Assembly (NCBI GenBank): GCA_017481235.1
Contig: JAFUPL010000046.1
Coordinates: forward strand, 1 to 55,421
From: Clostridia bacterium
Lineage (GTDB): Bacteria > Bacillota > Clostridia > Christensenellales > UBA1242
Reading direction: 5' to 3'
Length of the DNA stretch: 55,421 nt
Position numbers and translations under genes: made by a program
The notes under the pieces: model-generated
Told to the model about the DNA's origin: nothing
What the model saw: only the letters and a program-made list of their open reading frames with translations
The model's database searches: none
Shown here: positions 10,731-19,600 of the stretch, in pieces
Layout: the number at the start of each line of letters is the position of its first letter
Position numbering within the stretch: the first letter of the stretch is position 1

Positions 10731-10750
10731 ACTCAAAAAAGTAAACCACT

Positions 10751-10757
10751 TTCGACA
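10751..10757 (-). promoter_or_regulatory. perfect Spo0A-box heptamer (TGTCGAA on the minus strand) just upstream of the Rho-like gene
   Basis: Minus strand reads AAATTTGTCGAAA, identical over 13 nt to the boxes at 39694 and 52738. Confidence 0.4.
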
Positions 10758-10855
10758 AATTTTGACATTTTTTGATATTTTTACAGTTTGTTTACAAAAT
10801 ATAATATAAGATTTTGTATTAACAATATTATATCTTAGTTATTTAAGTTTGATTA

Positions 10856-10888
10856 TAATAAAAATAGTCTTAACACTTTAAGACTATT
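10856..10888 (-). terminator. intrinsic terminator after membrane-protein gene 10899-11504
   Basis: AATAGTCTT-8 nt-AAGACTATT (9 bp), followed on the minus strand by a T-run. Confidence 0.7.
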
Positions 10889-10898
10889 CTTACATATA

Positions 10899-11504
10899 TT
10901 AAGCTTCTTTCTTTAATTTTAAGAAAGTAAATGTTCCAACTACTAATGCACTGATAATGCTGATTGCTAACATAATAGGTTGATAAACACCAACTTTAAC
11001 ATTAACATCAATCTTAACTTGTGATAAGTATTGTTGTGGAACTGATGCTTTAGCAGCACTTATAACAGCATCTTCCATAGCACTAGCATAACCATTTGAT
11101 GATATCAATAGTCCAATAGTAGCAATTAATAATAATGCAAATAAACTAATACCTACGATATCGAAAATTTTGCTTTCACACTTAATTACATTTAAGTTCT
11201 TTAACAACATAACAATAGCGTACACAATTAATAGAACAGAAATTACTAATGTGATAATTGCAAATACTTTCATAGTCATAAATTCGCTACCAATACCCGC
11301 TGCTTTTGCTTCAGTATACAAGTCCCCATCAGTTAGTACTTTGAATGCTTTGGTTGTTGAATCTATTGTTTCTTTCCCCATACCTAAAGCACTTGCATCA
11401 AGTGTTCCTGATGCTACCATACCGGTACAAGCCGATAATGCTAAACCACATACACCAGCAACAAAACTAATAATAGTACTAATCCACTTTTTTACAAAAT
11501 TCAT
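10899..11504 (-). CDS. multi-pass membrane protein, unknown function
   Basis: 201 aa with about 4 hydrophobic helices. A strong SD GGAGGGGG lies upstream. Confidence 0.65.
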   Translation of the reverse strand: MNFVKKWISTIISFVAGVCGLALSACTGMVASGTLDASALGMGKETIDSTTKAFKVLTDGDLYTEAKAAGIGSEFMTMKVFAIITLVISVLLIVYAIVMLLKNLNVIKCESKIFDIVGISLFALLLIATIGLLISSNGYASAMEDAVISAAKASVPQQYLSQVKIDVNVKVGVYQPIMLAISIISALVVGTFTFLKLKKEA

Positions 11505-11583
11505 AGTCCCCCTCCTTTTTTAGATTTTTATGCTAACAAATCAATAAATATGTATAAAAATTTTTTATAAATCCGTAGGTTTA

Positions 11584-11600
11584 ATCGACATTTTACGACA
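11584..11600 (-). promoter_or_regulatory. two tandem near-consensus Spo0A boxes (TGTCGTA, TGTCGAT) spaced 10 nt apart, downstream of the predicted promoter
   Basis: Minus strand reads TTTGTCGTAAAATGTCGATTAA. Confidence 0.3.
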
Positions 11601-11608
11601 AATACCAA

Positions 11609-11665
11609 CTTGTTGATTTGTCAACAAGTATATAATATCACAAGGCATGTTGATTTGTCAACAAG
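11609..11665 (-). promoter_or_regulatory. promoter embedded in two copies of an 18-20-nt palindromic operator-like site
   Basis: TGTTGATTTGTCAACAAG occurs at 11611-11628 and 11648-11665 (arms TTGTTGA/TCAACAA). On the minus strand the upstream copy supplies TTGACA (11661-11656), then 18 nt, then TATTAT. The second copy lies at about +1. Confidence 0.5.
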
Positions 11666-11753
11666 ATTTTCATACTATTTTAAAATTTTATAAAATAATT
11701 TATAGTAACATGCAAAAGTAACACCAAATTATATTTTATTAGTATAAAATATT

Positions 11754-12230
11754 TTAATTATTAATTCCTATTATATGAATACCTTTTAATTCAATATAAT
11801 TGTATGAACTTAGCGGTTTATCCAATGCATCATTTGAATGTGCGCATACATAAATTTCACGCGGAGTAATACGAGTGATGATTACGCTATGATTAAATTC
11901 GTTAGGATTTTGCCTAATTTGTATTATATCACCAATTTCAAGTTTGTATATTGGTTCTATTTTTGCTATAAATCCAGGTTGTTTATTATCCAATAAAAAG
12001 CGTTGCAAATATCTAACACTGCTCCAACTTGGTGAGCGATTATTTTGGTTGGTGTAAAACCAACCATAATATTTGTCATAATTCATAACACCACCACCCG
12101 CAAGTAAACATTGAGATACAAAGTTGGTGCAATCCCCTCCAATTCCGTCAAAATGAAAATAGTTAGGATTGTACTTCAAAGCATGTTTTTTAGCATATTC
12201 TACCGCTAAGTTTCGATTGTACTGTAACAT
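11754..12230 (-). CDS. putative amidase-domain protein (NlpC/CHAP-like Cys peptidase fold)
   Basis: 158 aa. YNRNLAVEYAKKHAL...GGDCTNFVSQCLLAGG...SWSSV...GDIIQI...NHSVII matches the pattern of the 'putative amidase domain' family. Confidence 0.65.
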   Translation of the reverse strand: MLQYNRNLAVEYAKKHALKYNPNYFHFDGIGGDCTNFVSQCLLAGGGVMNYDKYYGWFYTNQNNRSPSWSSVRYLQRFLLDNKQPGFIAKIEPIYKLEIGDIIQIRQNPNEFNHSVIITRITPREIYVCAHSNDALDKPLSSYNYIELKGIHIIGINN

Positions 12231-12261
12231 ATTGATATATATTTTAATGCAGCAAAAATTG

Positions 12262-13113
12262 TTAATTTGCCATACAATTTATCCTATTTACAAAATCTTC
12301 AAAATTTTTATACAATATACAATCTATAATATCTTTGTTATATCCTAAATATTTTAGTTGTTTTACAAAATTATTTAAATCATTATATCCTTTAATATCA
12401 AGAGGCAAGTTATCATAATCAATTCCATGCAAATCCGTTCCAAGTCCAAAATTTTTGTAACCAAAATTTTTAATCAAATAGTCAAATTGATACGCCAAAT
12501 CTTTACTTGTAATTTTGTTTTTAGATATAAACTGATCGTACATAGTAATCCCCAAATATCCATCAGTTTTAACAATTTGCTTAATTTGTTTATCGGTTAA
12601 GTTTCGATTATGATGTTTTAAATTATATATGTTGCTATGTGAATTATATATTGGAAGTTTGCTTAGTTTGCAAAAATCCCAAAACGACGATTGCGATAGG
12701 TGTGCAGTATCTACTAAAATATTGTTTTCTTCCAAAAGTTTTACATATTTTTTGCCCAAATTAGATAGTCCTAAATCAGTATACGAACCTCCAGCGAATT
12801 GATTGGCATAGTTCCATGTTAGAGTAACACTAATAGGTCTTAACGCTATAAGTTTATCAAACTCATCATTACTTTTTATAAATCCAATATCTTCAATAGA
12901 TAGCAATAAGTTGATATTATATTTTTTACCAAAACTATCTAATTCATTTAAATATTGTGATATCCTATCAATTGAAAATCCTTTATTGGTTGTAAACACC
13001 GCACAACTAATATTTTTAGCACCATACTCTTTTATTTGTTTGATGTAATTTTGTCTATCACTACTATATTTAATACTTGTTAAAAAGTCAGTATGACTAT
13101 CACTTATTTTCAT
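12262..13113 (-). CDS. membrane-dipeptidase family (peptidase M19) protein
   Basis: DSHTDFL near the N-terminus, TLTWNYANQFAGG, VDTAHLS, NSHSN, and GTDLHG near the C-terminus. I chose the ATG at 13113 (MKISDSHTDFL) over the track's TTG at 13140. Confidence 0.7.
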   Translation of the reverse strand: MKISDSHTDFLTSIKYSSDRQNYIKQIKEYGAKNISCAVFTTNKGFSIDRISQYLNELDSFGKKYNINLLLSIEDIGFIKSNDEFDKLIALRPISVTLTWNYANQFAGGSYTDLGLSNLGKKYVKLLEENNILVDTAHLSQSSFWDFCKLSKLPIYNSHSNIYNLKHHNRNLTDKQIKQIVKTDGYLGITMYDQFISKNKITSKDLAYQFDYLIKNFGYKNFGLGTDLHGIDYDNLPLDIKGYNDLNNFVKQLKYLGYNKDIIDCILYKNFEDFVNRINCMAN

Positions 13114-13146
13114 ATTGCTAAATATGAATAAATTTGCCAATATGTG

Positions 13147-13178
13147 TAAAAAAAATAAGTCGCGTTTAACGACTTATT
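13147..13178 (-). terminator. intrinsic terminator directly after the tRNA-Leu 3' fragment
   Basis: Minus strand reads ATAAGTCG-ttaaacg-CGACTTAT followed by TTTTTTTT. Confidence 0.75.
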
Positions 13179-13185
13179 ATAACTT

Positions 13186-13251
13186 TGGTGCGGATAACAG
13201 GATTTGAACCTGCAAGAATGTTACTTCACAAGATCCTTAGTCTTGCGCGTC
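13186..13251 (-). pseudogene. truncated tRNA-Leu copy (3' 66 nt: anticodon arm, variable arm, T arm, acceptor 3' strand, CCA)
   Basis: 65 of 66 nt are identical to 13412-13477. The match ends inside the D stem, and no matching 5' acceptor or D arm follows. Confidence 0.8.
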
Positions 13252-13326
13252 GTCGTCACAACTATCGCTTTTTGTTCGTCCTTCGCTACGCTTACGACTT
13301 CGCTTTTACACTCTGTTGTTCCTCTT

Positions 13327-13411
13327 CCCTTCAAAACATTTGTTTTGCGGGAACCCTATAATTAATTGGCAGACGCAAAAAAAAACTCAATCTTTCGATT
13401 GAGTTATTAAC
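13327..13411 (-). repeat. tRNA-downstream module, right copy (inverted relative to 9253-9337)
   Basis: Minus strand has the terminator CTCAA-tcgaaaga-TTGAG plus a T-run, then GCGTCTGCCAATT (the exact complement of D-arm bases 13473-13485), then TATAGGGTTCCCGCAAAACAAATG. Confidence 0.7.
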
Positions 13412-13498
13412 TGGTGCGGATAACAGGATTTGAACCTGCAAGAATGTTAATTCACAAGATCCTTAGTCTTGCGCGTCTGCCAATTCCGCCATATCCGC
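13412..13498 (-). tRNA. tRNA-Leu, anticodon read by hand as AAG (class II, CCA encoded)
   Basis: Minus strand reads GCGGATATGGCGGAATTGGCAGACGCG-CAAGA-CTAAGGA-TCTTG-...GGTTCAAATCC...TATCCGCACCA. The anticodon loop C-U-A-A-G-G-A gives A34 A35 G36 with G37. Confidence 0.8.
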
Positions 13499-13553
13499 AT
13501 AGTAAATTTTAACATTTTTTTAATTTATTAGTCAAAATTTTTATTGTATTAAT

Positions 13554-13582
13554 ATTATAGCACATATTTTTGATATTGTCAA
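13554..13582 (-). promoter_or_regulatory. sigma-A type promoter for tRNA-Leu(AAG)
   Basis: Minus strand reads TTGACA (13582-13577), 17 nt, TATAAT (13559-13554). Confidence 0.65.
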
Positions 13583-13630
13583 ATTTTTATTTGAAAGTTA
13601 GAATTTTTTATAATTAAACTCAATCGATAA

Positions 13631-13665
13631 AAAAAGAAAGTAGTCACATTCACTACTTTCTTTTT
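13631..13665. terminator. bidirectional terminator after the giant surface-protein gene
   Basis: AAAAA-GAAAGTAGT-cacattc-ACTACTTTC-TTTTT: a 9-bp perfect stem. Confidence 0.8.
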
Positions 13666-13671
13666 AAGTTA

Positions 13672-16600
13672 TTAACTTTGCTCTTCCCAAACATCTAATC
13701 CGTTTTTAGAGAATACTATATATTCTTGAGTATAACCAAAGGTCGAACTCCAATCATCATATTGAGACTTATCATACGCTATTATATACAAGAATATTGC
13801 TTTTAAATTATCATATTCAAAGTTGTTTGCTATAATATTCATTTTGTTTATAGGTTTAATTTGTTGTTGTTTGCTACCATCTATCAACGTATATCCTTCT
13901 CTTTCACTAGAGTCAAGACCACGTTTTAATGTTATAATCAACTTGCCTTGATAAATATAGTTTTGGTTGCCATCATCAACTTCAACTCCAATGCCACCAA
14001 TAGTTGAAACAAATGTTGAATCACTTAAACCTAATACCAAACCATATATTGCCGTTGCATTAACTAACCCATTATCAACATTTTCCATATATGAGGTATT
14101 AAATGAATAATAACTGCTTCTTTTAACAATAAATTTATTAATAAAACTTGTTTCAAGAGTATTGTTTGAATATAATGTTTCTGCACTATGAGACGGTTCA
14201 TTTACAAAACAATTTGACTCGTACACTGCCCCATTTTTAATGTTTTTATAAACATTTAATGTGTTTAAAGTTGCCACACCATAACTATTTTGTTGTTTGA
14301 TTATTGTAGAATATTTGTAATCTGTACCCACAATTCCTCCAACAAAGAAACCTTCCACACTTCCAGCAACCGAACAATTGTATACACTACCCTCAATGTT
14401 ACGTCCAACAATTCCGCCAATAGTTGCCAATGCTTGATTAGAAACAACATCAATATCACTAGAACAATTATCAATTAATCCGCCAATATTAAATCCAACA
14501 ATTCCGCCATTTACTCTTGCTGAATTATTAAAACAATTTGTTGTGTTTACGCGTTGTTTAACCCCTTCAACATAAGTGTAAGCGTATATCTTTGAACTTT
14601 GTATAATGCCACGGTTTTCACCAACCAAACCACCTGCGACATACACTCCTTGATATACTGTTTCGTCAGATAAATTGTAATTTACATCTTTAACTAATGT
14701 TCTTTCACCAACAAGTCCAAATGCTCCACCTACTGTTTCGCCAATAATTACTAAATCATTGTCAATATTAATGTTGCTAACTGTATAATAATAATTAATA
14801 TCTCTAACCAGTTTAGTCATGTTGTAACCGTCTACTATTCCTGCAAATGAACCAGCATAAGATACTTCATCAAGATTGTCTAACAAAGTATTTCCGCTAA
14901 CATTTTTACCCATATATAAATTATATTGAGTAGTTTGATTGTAGGCATACGTTGCAAACGCACTTACATTGCTAGTTATTCCCATTATTTCAAAACTTCC
15001 TTTAGCAATACCTACTAAACCACCTACCGCATTTTTACCTAATATTAGCAAATTGTTATTATCAATTGTTATATTGTATATATTTGCACTGTCAATTACA
15101 CCTGCCAACGCACCAACAGCATTACTTCCCGACGCCTTGATACTAGATGGTTGTAAAATCAAGTTACGAACATATACTCCTAATCCTAAATTGCCAATAT
15201 TGGAGAATAAACCAACACTTTCAACATCTTCAGTTTTGTAAATATTGTAATTTTTTAGTACCATATCATTGCCTTCAAAACTTGCTTTTAATATCTTATT
15301 AAATGTTGTTGGATTAGTATATTTACCCTCCGCTTCAAAGTCAATATCACGAACAAGACGGAAAGTTTTGCCTTCAATGGTATTGGTTGCAAGATTAGTA
15401 TTTAAATCAAAGAAATTTTCAAACGTTTCAACGTCATAAATATTGCAAATATTTTCATATTCGTTTTTGTTTGGATTAAACCCAGAATTTAAAAGTTGAG
15501 GTCCATTATTAGATATTGACCATACACCATATTCGCCATTTGCAAATATAAATCCATAGTACTTGCTTTGCAATGCTAATTCGCTAGGCATTACCAAAGT
15601 TAATCCACTTACATTAATATTAATGTCGTTGTCGGTGATTACATAACAATTAGTAATAGTTCCTATAGTATTGGTTACGTATATAAATCCGTTATAGAAC
15701 AAACTGCTTCCTAAAGTTGCATAAGCGTAACTATTGGAGATATTTCCTGTGCTTTGATATACAAAACCACCAATATTTCCTTGTGAAGAAAGTGAAGTTT
15801 GATTAATATAACAATTAGTGATAGTTCCCGCATTATTTAATACAAACCCTGCTGTTCTACCAACACTATGTATGTTATACGAACCAACTTTTATGCCACA
15901 TTGTACATAACTTAGTGATATATATGCACCATTTAAGTTTTGCACTACAAATCCCGCTGTTGTAATTTCGGCAACATATTGATTGCTGTCATTACTTTTA
16001 ATTGAACCTTTAAAGTTGGTATTGGTTATTTTGCCATAATTTGTGCCACTTACACCACCTATCAATGCCATAGCAGACATTTTTAGTTCAACGCTACTTC
16101 CAGTAATAGTTGCCACCTCTTTGCTATCTTGCGAACCATTTATTGCGGTTATACCACCCAAATCAATATATTGAGCACTTATATATTGTGCTTTAAGTGT
16201 AAATGCACCATATACTTTAACATTTGTGATAACGCCTAAATTTTGACCAGCAATTCCGCCAAAGTAGATATCGTTAGTGTGTTGTTGTTGAATAGATAAA
16301 CTATCATTTAAATTAACTTCTACAATTTCATCTCTATTGTTAACGTCTCTATATTCCACTTGTAAATTTTCAATTACACTATTTTCCGCTAATATACCAA
16401 ATAATCCAATGTACATTCCGCCTGAAATATAGTCTATTTCTAGTTGTGCAATATTAAAGTTTTTAATAGTAATTGTATTGCCATTACCTTTAAATCCGCC
16501 AATTGCTGTATTGATAGGAGTATAATCGATAAATGTTAAACTATCTACAATTTGATAATATCTGCCTTCCACCATATTTTCAAATTCTTGTTGCGAATTT

Positions 16601-19600
16601 ATAACTTCATATTCGATAAATGGTGTTGTTTTGGTAGTAACATCAAATCCAAATTGTTGTGTTAAAACTTCAACTTCGTTAGTTGTTAAAACTGGATAAA
16701 ATTCATATTCATATTTAAACTTAAATTGTACTATGAATTTCATATCATTGATATTAATAGAATTATCGTCTAAAGGTTGTTTTGCCTTAATTGTAAATCT
16801 ATAATTTTCGTTTACTATTGAAATAGTATCATCTTCATAACCATTATTAGTTAAAGGCGATAACTTGCTTATATCTGTTACATTGTTATTAACAAAGAAT
16901 ATATTTACCCCATCACTACCCAAAGTATTAAACGCCTTTAAGATATTGTTGATATATTCCATATCTGTTCTTAAAGCACCTTCATAATTATCTGGATTGG
17001 TTTTTTCTAATGTATAAGCAACATTCCAATAACCTTTGTAATAATATGAAATATCTGTTTTGTCAAAATAGAAGTATGTATTAAACGCTTCGTCCCAATT
17101 GCCATACACTTTGCCTTGTGAACTGGTTTGATACATGCTTACACCATGTACAACAAATCGTCTAATGTTAAACTTGATGGTTGCTCGACATGTTTCGGTT
17201 ATGCCATTCAAACTCTTTGACGCTGTAAAGTTAACGTTAATTTGCTTGCCTAGCAATTCGTCCCAACGACTTTGCTTACTTAAATCAAAAGTTAAAATAT
17301 ACTTACCATACACTTCTTCCAATCTTACAAAGTCACCATAAATACTAGTAACATCATTTAAGCCATTTGTAACCGTAATATAATTACTTAAACTACCTTC
17401 ATCAGTATTATCTGTCTTAATATCAATTCCCGCTTCAACGCCCAATGCAAGATCCACTGTTTTTTCTGCTGTTTGTGGCGCTACGCCATCGCTGGTATCC
17501 GCCACCACGGTTTTTCCATTAGGATAAGTGTATGTCATTTCAATTTTAGGATACATAACTGCTTCAAGATTTAAATATGATGAATTTAATTCATTGCCCG
17601 CTTTGTCGTATACCACAATGTGTATTGTATGAGTTATGTTTGCCATTGATTTACTAGGAAGTTTAGCAACAACGTATAGTGTAGATGCATTTACATCATG
17701 CTTGATTAATTTAATTCCGTTATCTGCCCAAATATCCATATTGTCAAGCAACACAAATCTTCCGTCATCTAACAATTTTACTTGTTGGAACAAAATCTTG
17801 TCTTCGCTGGTTATGTCCATAATCTTTATATGGTCATAAATCGCAATATTAGGAGCAATATCAATTGCAATAATATTGGTTTCGCCTGGACGAATTATCT
17901 TGCTTTGATAAGCATTATCTAACTTTATTTTATTTATATCATTTTGCTTATCTTCCATGCGATAATTAAGTGATATGACACTTGATATTGCTTGTGGTTT
18001 AACATTTATAAATACTGTAGTTGATATTTTGTTACTTCCATTATATACATACAAATCAAGTTGCAATCTATATGCGACATCAATATAGTATGACTGGTCG
18101 TTTAATTTTAACACTATAGTTGCTGTTTGTAACATATTATATATATCAATACCTGATATATCAAAATAATATTCCTTACTATCGTTATCATAAACAAGTT
18201 CTTTAACAATTGTAGTGTTATTATCAATATAATATAAACTTACATCAAGTGTATTAATCAAATCATTTCCGTTATTAGGATTTTGATAAATCTCACCCAC
18301 TGCTTCACGACTGATATAAAGTTTGTCCACTTGTACATCTGTTGTAACTTTTACATTCAACCTAGATTCTTTATCTGCTGGCATCATGTCTAATTGATTT
18401 TTGTTTACATTAACCGCACTTGCACCCTTTTTAGTTACCACGTTAAAACTCGTTTCAAAATTAGATAACTTAACTAAAATATCTTTTGAATAATTTCCAT
18501 TTTTATAACCTGCTACCACATATGGCGTTGCGGTTATTTCAAATTTGCCATCAACATACTGATTAACCGTAATTGTTATAGGTATTCCATATGGTATTCT
18601 ATATAAATATTTATCAACTATTGTAGTTGTATCTTTAGCGTCTATGATGTTTCCATGTGCGTCAAGGCGAATGTAATAATCTTGATTTAACGCAACATAC
18701 TTTGCTATATCTATAGGTAAAATTGTTTCCTTGCCACTATAGTCAATTTTAAATTCAATCAACATATTTGTAGCACTCTTATATTTGTATTCACGAGAAT
18801 GCTCGCCATATATAATTGAAGAATAATCTGCATAAATTATTTTGCTTGAATTTTTTACCACACTAATAGTTGTGTCATTGGTTATATTGTATTCATCTCT
18901 TAAATTAGCATTTGAATACAACTTAAAATTAAGCACTTGACTACGAACTATCACTACAAAACTTGCTGTTGCACTAGGATTTAAGGTTGACATTAATGTA
19001 ATAGTTGTTTGACCTTCACCGTTAAGCAATAATCTACCATTACTTAACACACTTGCAACACCAGCATTACTACTACGCAAATTGAAGCGCTTGTAAGTAT
19101 TTGGAAGCACAATAATTCCTTCACTTGATACAATATCTTTCATATCCACTATATTAAGGTAATTATAGTCGCTTACCGCAAATTCACCCGTCATATCACT
19201 TAATGGATAATAATACAATATCAACGCATGTTGACGATAATCACTTAAACTTGAACTGCTATCACCTGTTAATTCTAAATTTGCAAGTAGTGAATATCTA
19301 TCTTGATTAATATTATGTATACTAGGGTCATACTTAACATAATTTTCATCAACCTTAACGTAGTCACCTAACTTGTTTGGACGATACATTGCAGACCTAG
19401 TAAACGCTTGGTTGATTTGAATAACTGTAGGAATTACACTTACCAAACTAGTGCCGTCTTTGTAAACAACATAAGGTTTAGAATTGTTATATTGACTATT
19501 TACATTAAATCCATTTACTGGTGTGTTACTAGAAATTGTAGTTCCTTGATAATATCCGTCATCATTATTTAAAATTTGACCATATGATGAAGTATTTATA

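Noticed and set aside
9253-13498. Reading the cassette between the two tRNA-Leu genes as a complete integrative island or prophage.
   Set aside because: It has no integrase, recombinase, transposase or phage genes. Its gene content (dipeptidase, amidase-domain protein, membrane protein, Rho-like ORF) and composition look native. Only the repeat scars are reported.
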